From: Ruditapes philippinarum
Lineage: Eukaryota
Direction: 5' to 3'
Assembly: GCF_026571515.1 (NCBI RefSeq)
Contig: NW_026864013.1
Span: 1 to 64,000 of the forward strand
DNA length: 64,000 nucleotides
This document shows positions 38,201 through 50,000 of the stretch, one piece after another. The notes beneath the pieces were generated by a model that had not been told where the DNA came from, ran no database searches, and saw nothing but the letters and a program-made list of their open reading frames with translations. A program made the position numbers and the translations under genes. Each line of letters begins with the position of its first letter. Positions within the stretch are counted from its first letter, which is position 1.

Positions 38201-41200
38201 AATAACATCATTACATTATAAGATATAAGTATTTTAAGTATTCCATGCTTATCAAAAGTGTGATGATTTTCGGGGACATTTTTGTGGTTTTAATGTCACT
38301 GAAATTGTAAAACTCCTGTCAGCTTTCAAACTTTACTGACCAATTGAGGAGGGCCCAAGGTACCCCTTGATGCGTTATCTATCTCACAAGTCACCACAGT
38401 AGAACCACTGACTCTGTAAAATGTAGAAATACATTACTGCAACACTATGTTTTTACAGTAGATTACTATAAAGCTTTTAACAAAGTTATACATAAAATTA
38501 CCGAAAAGTTATTCTATTCTGCTCACAATCAAAAGTTCATAGTATGAAGTTAAAAAACTGCATTGCAACAACATATCATTCAGATGTTAAGGGTGAAAAA
38601 AGTCATGTATTGACCAGCAGTAAACAGTGTTCGAAATTAGCAGTAGTCCGATAGCCCCTGACTACTTAATTTCTCCTTGGGCCACCAACTTTTCACAATA
38701 ACAAGCCCGACCAGACTACTGTATTTTCAGAGGCAATATAAACAACTGTTTTGAACAAATGAATCGTGCAAGTGAAATGTCTTTTGGGCTAGTGAATATT
38801 CCAAACTGATAGTCCGACCAGCCTAGTTGATTCAAATCCTAATTTCTTACACTGAGTAAAGTCATGTATTGACCACTGGCCAGCATAAGTGTATAATTTT
38901 GACACACTTCAAACCAAATGCATTTCGTCGTTTAACAGACTGAGCAATCAAATTCATTATTACAGTCTAATGCACACCTTATAATTAAGACATACTGTAT
39001 GATTCCAGTTGTAGCATTAAAAAGTCAAATAACAACCTGATAATTCTCTGCTAAATATAGTTCTACATATTTCTGATAACTCTTTTTGTATAAGGATAAT
39101 AGAATAGAAGTAATTATCAATCTTTCTTGCATTATAGTTCAATAATACATTGGGGTACAGTTAATTCAAATGCTTTGTAATCAATCACTCTGTAAGTCAG
39201 TCAGGCCTACAAGTTTTCATGACTATATTATATCACTGCATAAGTGAACAGGAACCGTGAATACTTCTACAAAAAACCAATCAAATTAACATTTTTTTTC
39301 AAAGTATACCCTTTTTTTCCAGAATTTTTTTTTAACTTACGTAGATTGCCAGCCCATTAAAGGGTTTTCCCAGCGTTCTCTAGTATCATAGTCCATTCTC
39401 CATTTATTAAGACCAAAAGTTCCACTCTGCATAGCATTTCTTGCTGGCATGTAGATTCGTACCCTCCTTGTCTTGACATGCTCCTCTGGCATACCATTGA
39501 GCAGTGACATGTCTTCCTGTAATATATCAAAATGTTATTCATACCAAACTTTATTAAAAAAAAACTAACCAATTTAAGTGGTGATGAATCATTATAAACT
39601 ATTATGAAAATATTATTAAATAAATTGATGGTAGCCTGTCAGTGAACATTTATTTATAAAATCTGAATATAGTTCATTTAACTTTTTAGCTTACTACTTT
39701 TGTCTCTGTACACACAACTAGGCAGTAGCTGGAATTATTGAATACCCATTATCTCTTAATAGTTATACTTTTCTATTGCATTGGGTAATTAGAAAGTCAC
39801 TCACTTATGATGCAACTAAACTGGAAACCAACCAATCTTTATAACTATAAGAGTAAAGCACTTTTGACGGCCTACATGAGATTGGTCTCATGTCACAGTA
39901 TTAATCCAACTCATATTTAACTCTGCAGATTCTTTTGTTTTAATTTAAAACAAATGACAATTGTTGGAAGTTACAGCCTATACTAACTAAGTATGGTATT
40001 CATGTTTGGAAATTTCAAAATATCACACTACACTTACAACACTGGGGACAATAATTGTGTCACGCTCAGTGTGTTTTGGAGCAACTTCTCCCATAGCAGC
40101 AGATACGCTCTCAGCTCCTGTGACCTTTACACTACTGTCATCTGCCAGAGTTCTGAAATATAAAGCATTTATTAAAGATATATCTAAATTGCCTATATTT
40201 TTCACTTTAAACAACAAAGTTTCTGTCTAAAAAATTGAAATCATACGATTTGCCATGTAAAAGAAAAATACATGTAGTCTAAAAAAATTTTTGGTAACAA
40301 ATAAACCTATAAGTAATAACAGATAAGTGATCATTTTGCTTAGCCCACAGAAGCTCAAAAACAAGTTCAGATTAAAGAGCAAAATGTGCGTTCCCAAGTA
40401 TGTTCAAGGAAAATTATCAGAACAATAGTTTTAAACTATGAATTTGATTAGATGCAAACTTTACTGGTAGTCAGACTATTCTCTCCCTTACCAGTTCCTC
40501 CCTGGCGGTTCTCTCCCTATTTTGGGGGAGAACTGTCTGCATATTTGCAAATAAGCAGCCAGTTCCTCCCAGTTTTCATTTTTAACACATTATTATAATA
40601 TTTAAGTATTTAGATGTTAAATAAATGGGTAAGTTTATTATTAATTGATAAAGTTAGAATTTTTTACATACTTTTGTAAAATGAAGACAGGAGTTCAATG
40701 CACACACAATGAAGGTGTTGATAGGATTAAAATACCTGGAAAAGGTGTTTAATTTACAGGCACTTTTCAGCTGATCAACATAAAACATAATATAAAATAT
40801 AACTTAATATCAAACACATTCTTCATTTAGATTAAGAAAAAACTAAAATGATCTTATAAAAAAAATTGGGGGAGATTTTACTGTCTGCATATTTCAAATT
40901 TGGGAGAGAACCGTCAGGGGAGGAAATGGTTTGGGAGAGAATCGTCAGGGAGAGGAACTTGTAAGACAGAGAATAGTCTGTCATTCACTTTACTGAGGAT
41001 GATAAATCATGCACACGACTATACTGCTTGAACCAACTACCAACCCCACCCTCACCTGTTTTTATTGTATTTTTGGGACTTTTGAAAATGTCAATTTCTT
41101 GACCAACTTGTAGGCTCGTGCCTACATAGCCTAATAGTAGCTACGCCGATGGTTAGGGTTTTAGAACATGGATTTTGTTAATATACGTACCTGGTAAACA

Positions 41201-44200
41201 CATTTATGTGAATAGGAATATTAAAGCTTCGAATTTTCTTCATAAAAATGCTATATTTTGTATGAAATAAATGTGAAAAACACTTGCATACAAAAGAATT
41301 TTTTTTATGTAAGCATAATTTGTAATATCTGGACATTTCCCGTACAAAGTTCATCCCGGTATAAAGTACTTTGAGGCTGAGTGTAAATTAATTTAACTGT
41401 TAATTTAGCATAATATGTCTGACCATTTTACAGGTGGGGGGAAAATCCCGGGATCACCTATAGAAAAGCCGGGACCCGGGATCGCATTAAACATATAGTA
41501 ATCCCGGGAATTGACCACCTACTCTTGGTGTATTATTATTATTATCATCATTTGAATGTTTTTGTAGAGATTTCTGAATAAGTTTGATTTGTAGTAGTAA
41601 TAAAAAATCTTTAATAATAACGTATTTTTTAACGATTTCAAGATCGTATTAAAAAATATAGGGATCCCGGAAATTGACCAGTCTAAGAAGATATTTTTCA
41701 GATAAGCCGGGATCGTATTAAAACTTATAGGGATCCCGGAAATTGGCCAGTTCAAGAATATAGTTTTCAGAAAAGCCGGGATCGTATTAAAACATATAGG
41801 GATCCCAGGAATTGACCAGTTCAAGAATATAGTCTTTAATTCTTCCAATTAATTATAGGCATATATGTGATTTCCGCATTTTAAGTTTGTTAATAAATAG
41901 CTCTAAATATATTTATATCCTAAGTTAAATTAATTTAACATTCATTACAGACAATAAAAATAAAAACTTAACGTTTAATCGCCTTTCATTACGACAATAA
42001 TCAACACAAATATAGGTTATTAGTTTTCCCTCTATATCTAATACGATCCCGGATCCCAGGCGTCCCGGGATTTTCCCCCCACCCATTTTACATACGATTT
42101 ATACAGTGAGATACGCAACTGGTTATCTTTACTCGAAAAACTACTGATAAGAATAATAAGACCCGTGCAAACGTATGCCCTGTCTACAAAAAAGGTGATA
42201 CAAGTGATCCAGCAAACTATCGCCCAATTTCCCTTACATGCATCCTCTGTAAAACACTCGAACACATAGTTGCCTCTCAACTATCCTCTCACTTTACCAC
42301 CCACAACATACTCTTTGATCTTCAGCATGGATTCAGAGAAAGACGATCATGTGAGACACAACTCATTGACCTTACTGATTACCTTGTGAACAACCTTTCA
42401 AATGGCAAACAAACAGATCTATCTCATACTTCTTGACTTCTCCAAAGCTTTTGATAAAGTAAACCATCTTAAACTCTTAGATACCCTTCAAGAACATGGT
42501 GTTTGTCCTCAAATTCTAAACTGGATACAGTCCTTCCTTATTGGCCGTAGACAGACTGTAGTTGTGGATAGTGACTGCTCATCTGAAGTCCCAGTTACCT
42601 CTGGAGTGCCCTAAGGCTCTGTCCTAGGGCCGCTCTGTTTCCTTCTATATATCAACAAGTTACCATCTTCTGTCCTCAAATCCCAAGTCAGATTATTTGC
42701 AGACGACACTGCTGTATACCTAACCATCAATTCCTCCTCAGACCCCCCCAACTCTCCAACATGATCTAGACAATATGGTTCTGTGGGAGAAGCAGTGGGA
42801 CATGGAGTTTAACCCTTCAAAATGCCAAGTCATCCATATCACCAAAAATAAAACCATAATTAAACACAAATATAATTATGCTCCATGGCCAAGTCCTAGA
42901 GTCTGTTACAAATGCTAAATATCTCGGACTAGATCTATCTGCTGACCTTAAATTCAATACACATATATCTCGAATAACTTCCAATGCAAACAGATCCCTT
43001 GGCTTTATTAAAAGAAATGTCATTACTAAAAATGAGAAAGCAAAAGAACTAGCATACAAGTCCCTGGTCCGCCCACAGGTTGAATATGCCTCAACTATTT
43101 GGTTTCCTTACACTAAAACCAATATTGACAAAGTTGAGATGATCCAGAGATGTGCAATAAGATGGGTTAAAAGGGATTACTCCCCTCACTCTAGTGTCAC
43201 AGCCATGCAGGAAGAACTGGGCTGGCGATCCCTTGAACATCGCAGACTGGACTGTAGACTGATAATGTTTTATAAGATATACCATAACCTAGTTGCAATT
43301 AATCTCCCAACTTATGTTGAAACCCCACATAGATTAACCAGACATATGCATCCCTTATCCCTACGCCAAATACAGGTATCCTCCGACTACCATAACAGTG
43401 TAAGAAATTAGGATTTGAATCCACTAGGCTGGTCGGACTACCAGATTGGAATATTCACTAGCCCAAAAGACATTTCACTAGCATTATTCATTTGTTCAAA
43501 ACAGTTGTTTATATTGCCTCTGAAAATGCAGTAGCCTGGTCGGGCTTGTTACTGTGAAAAGTTGGTAGCCCGAGGAGAAATTTAGTAGTCTGGGACTATA
43601 GGACTACTGCTAATTTTGAACACTGCCATAAGTACTCTTTCTTCCCTCATAGCATTATACTATGGAATAAACTTCCTAGTAACATTGCCACCCTGCCCAA
43701 CCTGAGTCAGTTCAAACAGGCAGTGGTGGGTTTGCAGTACTAGTCTTACTCCCAGTATTTTTAAACTATTTTATCTCTTATCATCTTGTTTCACTATTAA
43801 CATTTTAACCATGACTAGAATACATTTTCAGTCTCACCTTCCAAGCATGTCAATGTTTGGACTTTTCTTTTTTAGCTTCTCTCTTCACCTTTTACTAACA
43901 ATCCGACGTGCACTAAATTCCTGCCTTTAACACTCGTAAGAGGGGTTGGCAGTATCCAGAGATAGATAGAATAGCCTGTCGTCTGCTAGTTGTGAAAGTG
44001 TTTAAGGGTGTATTGTCTGTGCCAAAGAAATTATGACTGGGTGGGGTACTTTTATATCTCGGTTCGCCCTTGGGATTTTGCTTGCAAGTTCATTAAAAAC
44101 ATGGGTTATAATAAAATTTTAGCACCTTCGAATAATTGGAATATAATATAGCTACCACACTAGAAAAATAAATGTCAAATTAACCAACCTGAATAATTGT

Positions 44201-44250
44201 CTAGCTAAAAAAACATTGCGGCTGCTCAAGAATCTCATCTTGGCAGCCAT
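35230..44250 (-). CDS. NDUFS4: NADH dehydrogenase [ubiquinone] iron-sulfur protein 4 (complex I accessory subunit)
   Basis: In-phase exons 44250-44189, 40152-40038, 39516-39341, 38143-38070, 35333-35230. Protein: [21 protein letters not shown]...[52 protein letters not shown]...[27 protein letters not shown]. Confidence 0.96.
35378..35612. mobile_element. Full-length 235-bp foldback MITE, GAG...CTC termini, 4-bp TSD AAAT (Sola-like)
   Basis: ~100-bp TIRs; AAAT at 35374-77 and 35613-16; lies in the last NDUFS4 intron. Confidence 0.85.
35811..37510. mobile_element. Kolobok-like non-autonomous DNA transposon, TTAA TSD
   Basis: TTAA|GGTAGAACACCACTAATG ... CATTAGAGGTGTACTACC|TTAA (16/18 TIR match); hosts a HINE element. 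Confidence 0.75.
36125..37044 (-). mobile_element. HINE-type element with ~4.8 x 164-bp near-identical units
   Basis: AAAATGCTTGATAGAGTTACC recurs every 164 bp; ends AACAAGAGCTGTCGG.AGGACAG..GCTCGACTATTC and GAATAGTCGAGCTAAAAA; (CGCCGA)n. Confidence 0.9.
38625..38854. mobile_element. 230-bp MITE, CAGTG...CACTG ends, 6-bp TSD AGTAAA
   Basis: TSD at 38619-24 and 38855-60; inverted copy of 43396-43625. Confidence 0.85.
40466..40986. mobile_element. MITE with 8-9-bp TSD ACTTTACT(G) (MULE/Merlin-like)
   Basis: TIR CAGACTATTCTCT/AGAGAATAGTCTG; subterminal GGGAGAGAA.CGTCA repeats. Confidence 0.75.
41433..42083. mobile_element. MULE-like MITE, 21-bp TIR, 9-bp TSD CATTTTACA, internal ~69-bp repeats
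   Basis: GGTGGGGGGAAAATCCCGGGA...TCCCGGGATTTTCCCCCCACC; TSD at 41424-32 and 42084-92. Confidence 0.85.
42155..43970 (+). mobile_element. 5'-truncated, frameshifted LINE (CR1/L2-like RT), antisense in NDUFS4 intron 1
   Basis: [73 protein letters not shown]; interrupted by the MITE at 43396-43625. Confidence 0.92.
43396..43625. mobile_element. 230-bp CAGTG...CACTG MITE, 6-bp TSD CCATAA, inserted in the LINE
   Basis: TSD at 43390-95 and 43626-31; the LINE sequence resumes after it. Confidence 0.88.
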
Positions 44251-44406
44251 TTTGAAGGTTGAACAGCACTAAATATGGCACAGGCTAAAACGCAGACGCT
44301 TATGCAGGCAATATAGGATATATAGTTAAACGCAGACAATATAGATATAGGAAAAGAAGTATATGCTCGCCCGTATGGTTCATTCCGGTGGCGAGGGTAA
44401 ACAAAC

Positions 44407-44409
<3 letters not shown>

Positions 44410-44457
<48 letters not shown>
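44410..44457. repeat. (CA)n microsatellite
   Basis: ~24 CA units. Confidence 0.95.
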
Positions 44458-44460
<3 letters not shown>

Positions 44461-44874
44461 ATATAGAGTGTTTTCACAAAACGCGGACAATATAGAACAA
44501 GAAGGTGTAAATTACACCCTGCAAAGCTGTTTTTAGATTTGTATTTCAAGATAAAAATTTAAAGATATTAGAGATTTATAGGTATTAATATTAAAATAAT
44601 AAATTAGAATTTTAAGGAATAGAAATATTTTTATAATTATATTTTAGTAATAATAATAATAACAGGCAAGTATATTAACGTTAATATACGTACCTGATAA
44701 TAATAATAATTTTATTAATAATTATGATTTTTATACTCAGTCCATTTACAAAGTAATCATCAAATAGTTAATAAAACAATGTTATAAAGCATTTATAATT
44801 ATTAAAAAAAAAACAATATGTTGTAAAAATATAAATATAATTATCATTAAAAAAATGTGTTTATCATATCAAAT

Positions 44875-45662
44875 CACTATATATATCTACATTGTCTGCG
44901 CGTTTCTTGCGAGTACTATATACACTATATCGTCTGCATTTTACTATATGTTCTATACTGTTAATAAAAGAAATACATGTCTGTAAAATTTATTTTCACT
45001 TTATATCTATATTGTCTGCGTTTCTCGTGCAAGTACTATAATACTCTACATCGTCTGCATTTTATTATATGTTCTATACTGTTAATAAAAGAAAAACATG
45101 TCTGTAAAATTCATTTTCACTATATATCTATATTGTCTGCGTTTCTCGTGCAAGTACTATATACTCTATATCGTCTGCATTTTACTATATGTTCTATACT
45201 GTTAATAAAAGAAATACATGTCTGCAAAATTCATTTTCACTATATATCTATATTGTCTGCGTTTCTCGCAAGTACTACACACTCTATATCGTCTGCATTT
45301 TACTATATTTTCTATACTGTTAATAAAAGAAATACATGTCTGCAACATTCATTTTCACTATATATCTATATTGTCTGCGTTTCTTGCAAGTACTATATAC
45401 TCTATATTTCGTCTGCATTTTACTATATGTTCTATACTGTTAATAAAAGAAATGCATGTCTGCAAAATTCATTTTCACTATATATCTACATGTATATTGT
45501 CTGCGTTTCTCGCAAGTACTATATACTCTATATCGTCTACATTTTACTACATATCTATATTGTCTGCGTTTCTCGCAAGTACTATATACTCTGCAAAACT
45601 CATTTTCATTATACATGTATATCTCTATTGTCTGCGTTTCTTGCAAGTACTATATACTCTAT
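44875..45662. repeat. ~118-bp tandem array (~6 units) between NDUFS4 and CIAO2A
   Basis: Recurring TATATCTATATTGTCTGCGTTTCTCG..AAGTACTA..CGTCTGCATTTTACTATATG; inverted copies of the core motif at 44327-44350 and 44479-44495. Confidence 0.85.
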
Positions 45663-47021
45663 AATTAACCCTTCTCACAAAAATTAAACATGTCTCGGTT
45701 TTAACTAAGAGTGATTATCATGTGTGTGTTGTAATATCAAGGCACAACATAATATATTTGTGTGCTATACTGATAGATGTCATGTTAGCTAGTGATTTGT
45801 TGTGTGATTTATTTGTTTGGACAATAAGTCACATAAAACAAAGGGCAAACATGCCAAAATTATTATGTGGAGGGTTGTCATTCTTATCAACTGTATGTTT
45901 TTCTTCTTACTGTGATCTATTCTCCCACGAAGTTTCGAATTAATATCTAATAATTAAAGCCTTTTGAGTTATGTTCTGGACAAAATATTATACAAGAAAA
46001 GAAATAAAGGACAGTACATCAAGACAAAGAAGTAAAGTATCATCAAACTTGTGCACTGCGTTGCTCCTCATTGAGATATATCCGTTTATAAGTTTTAATC
46101 TAATATACTAAAAACTGTTATGTTCTGGACAAATTTAAAGCATGAAAAGTAAAAAAAATTACTAAATTTCTGAAAAGAAGAGTCATCATTATTGTGCAAT
46201 GCACCCCTCCTTAACAAAGTATAACCACCTATGAAGTTTCAAGTTAGCATTTTGAATAATTAATACATAAATACTCTTTCAAAGGCACAATGCCATAACC
46301 CTTAAGGCAAAAAGTAATAATTTGGATAATCTAAGGCAACCAATAATTTCAAAGTAAACTTGCATATAAAGGGACATAATTAACTCTATCTGAATTCTGA
46401 AGTAAACTGATTGCAAAGAAAATCTAATTTCACCTGTGCCCATAATTAGAAAAAATATTTTTGATCATTGACCTGATTCTAAATAAAAGTATTTTTTGTT
46501 GTTGTTGTTGACATAGAATACCTGCGTGCCAGATGACAATTTAATCATTTTTATTCATTAATAGTACATATTTTGCGGAACCAATAATTTCACAGAAAAC
46601 TTGCTTAAAATGGGACATAACTTGATGCGAAAACAGAATTAAAAACTGTGTTTTGATATATCATACATGTATGCCAAATATAAACACAGTCAGCCCAGAA
46701 AATTTGCTTATAAGGGGGCATAACTCTTATCAACTGAAGAACCCAATGATTTCATGTAAAAATAAATGCTTATAAATGATATTAAAGTGGTATTATTTTG
46801 ACAGAAATGTCATAAAGATTCCCGCGTCTGTACATGTGACTTACTGAAACAAATCATGCAATGTCTATCTAAGCTTGTTCAAGCTGCATCGAAATATGGA
46901 AAACATTTAGCGGTGTTCATTCGACCGACGATACTCTTCAAAAAAGTTGTCCAGTTCACTGATGTCCCATTAAGAGATTGAAGTAACAATTAGTATTTAG
47001 GATTTATAAATAAGGTGACTT

Positions 47022-50000
47022 ATGCAGTCAATAAATAATTTATTTTCAAAGCTAACTTTCCGTTCAAATGATACTGAAGTTAAACAACAGATAGATGTTG
47101 GGACATCAGTTGATTCCGTCACAGTGTCAGCTGAGGTGAAGGGAGACAACCAGGAGACCACCAAAGTCATGACTGCAGAGATGGTGATGATGAGGGAGAC
47201 TGTCTATGGTAAACTGTTTGAGGTGTAAAGATTGTGTTTGATTTGAGAATTAAGTGAAAACAAACACCGGATGTCATATCAGTCTGTCCGAAAAATGTCT
47301 GTCTCCGGTCGGTCTATTTACCCCAAGACACCCCAAGACTACCATAGATTATCCAAAGACTACCTTAAGATACCCCAAGACACCACAATACCACCCCAAG
47401 ACACTTTTACTGACATATATTTTTTATACGGTCTTAATTTTACTTTGTTTACGGGAGGTAACTATGTGATTTCACATGTACACATTGAATTATCTCCATT
47501 CATTTATTTCCCTATATTTTTTTAATGTAAAATTAATTATATTCTTTTTTGGGGCAAAATAGTTTACAACAATGAAATAACTCCAAGATTGCGAGGTTTT
47601 GGTGTAGTGCAAGTTTAAGTCTGCGACAATGTCTTTTTATGTCAGTGGCATATTTTTGATGCCCGATTATTTAATCGATCATATTCTGTTTTATAATATT
47701 TTTTTTTATTTCACCTGCCCCACATTTCCTTAGATTAACAAAGTCTTATTGTTTCAGTAAAATTTATTTAAATCACAATATTTTTTTCTATAAAAAGAAT
47801 ATATTTTATGTAAAAAGCCCATACATAATTGACAATATTTGATGTTTTGAATTTGAACAGTAACAAGACCATGATGACAGGTAAATAATCAGTTATAAAA
47901 CTTAATTGGGTTAGTCCTAGGACTAACAATGACGAATGTGTATATTTCTGTCCCAGATTAGTCTTGGGGTGTCTTGGGGTAAATAGACCGACCCCTCTGA
48001 CTCTGTTCCACCTTTGTGTCAGACCAATTTCCAGGATATTTTGATTGAAATTGTTACGCCTCAGAACTGTTAATAAGGTTTTTTTCCATATTTTGGCTGT
48101 GCAACCTGTTTTAATCCCAGAAATCATCAAAACATTTTTTCTGATTCAGGAAAAAAATCTTTTTGACCAATTTCCTGGATAGAAGTCTAAAAATATTACC
48201 TCTTGAGTGTTAAGTAGACAAGGTCTTTTTACCATATTTGGGCTGTTGTGCAGATATACACGCCTTTTAACACCTCCCCCCCCCCCTTTTTGTTGTCTCA
48301 AATGGTGAAAAAATGCCTTATTTAGGCCCACAACATTTGTTTTTGTTTGAGAAATGTGTTTTAAAAAAGAGGCTACTTTTTCGGCGCCGCCCCCATCCAA
48401 AAGATACATCAGGGGGTTGCCAGAAGGGGGATGTGCCCCGGGCCCTTCTGTTTGGGGGTTTGAAGGGGGCAGTAGTCCCCCTTATCACCAAAATTTTTTT
48501 TGATTTCTGAGACGCTAAAAATGATCCCAGGTCGATCATAAGGTAATGTGTAACCAACTTTGAAAAGCCTTTGACTTTATCTCAATCCATTCAGAAGTTG
48601 CAGCACTTTGAAATCAATTTTGATGAAAAAAAATTTACGCAAAATAGTGATTTTTGGCAATTTTGATATTTCCCTTTGTTGACATGGAAACAGGACCAGT
48701 CAACATTTGTGCCAAGTTTGATTAGTATTGAAGCAGTTTTTTATAGTTTTATAGCAATTTGAACTTGTAACGGGAGACTTTTCAATGAAAACAGCAATTT
48801 TTCACAAAATGTTCATGCAGAAATGGGTTAAGGTGACCCATAATGGTATTCAAACTAGAGCTAGAAATCACTTAAACAACCTTTTTGACAAATTTTCAGA
48901 ATATTTGGGCTGAAAATGTTATATACACATGTATATATTATAATATAAATGAATAAACTAGTGAGATTGATTATATCTTATATGAAGTAACTATTTGTTT
49001 AAACAATATTTATTTCATATTCCATATTTTCAAACAAAATTTCAATGCATATATTACATCCAGGATTGAGTAGAAAGTTTAAAGCTTAAATGAAACTCTC
49101 TTCTAGTTAAGGCCCCCAATTGGTTACACGTTTAAACGGAAATGTTTCGATTTTCATTCGTAAACGTTTACAATATTTTTACCGTTTACAAGAAATGACC
49201 ATATTGTCTTACAAAATATCTTAATCATTGCCTGTAATCATGGATTTTATCAATTCTAATTCAAATTGGTTTATTCCAAAGTAAAAAAAACAACAAAAAA
49301 ACGGAAAATGGGTGTTTACAACCCTCCACACAGCATTCGCTCATGACATAATACATTTTTTGTAATGTTGATTTTCCTTTGATCTTTAAAAAAAAGAGCA
49401 AAATGGGGAAACAAATTCAATGCAGAAAATGTATGCCGATTCAATCATGATGAGCCTTAAACATTATTTATTTGTACATGTATCAAAAATAGAAAGTAAG
49501 TCATCATATGGCGACTCGAATACATGGTGTAAGATAGTACATAGATGTACCACTGTTTAAACAGTATCGTTTTGGTTCTTAACAATCGTGTAAACGTTTA
49601 CAAAAAACTGTGAACGTTGGAGCCTTACTTCTAGTAGAAGTAACTATTATTATGCAGCATTTTATTTTTTTCTCCAGATCTTATCAAAGATATAAGGGAT
49701 CCAGAAAAACCTCAGACGCTGGAAGAATTAAATGTTGTATCTGAAGATAATATATCTGTGGAGGAATTTTCTGATGATAAATTATATGTGAAAATAGTAT
49801 TTGTTCCTACAGTGCCACATTGCTCATTAGCTTCTTTAATAGGTAAGTTAAGTTTTACCATTAAAATTTCTGTAAAAGCCACATTTTCTATGAAGATAAG
49901 TTACTTGATAAATTATATGTGAAAATAGTATTTGTTCCAACAGTGCCACATTGCTCATTAGCTTCTTTAATAGGTAAGTTAAGTCATATACCATTAAAAT

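Noticed and set aside
44977-45687. Overlapping repetitive ORFs up to 236 aa
   Set aside because: Translations of the 118-bp tandem array.
46845-46910. Alternative NDUFS4 first coding exon (MFSIFRCSLNKLR)
   Set aside because: In-frame stop before the GTAAGT donor; 44250-44189 fits phase and presequence character better. A non-coding exon here is not excluded.
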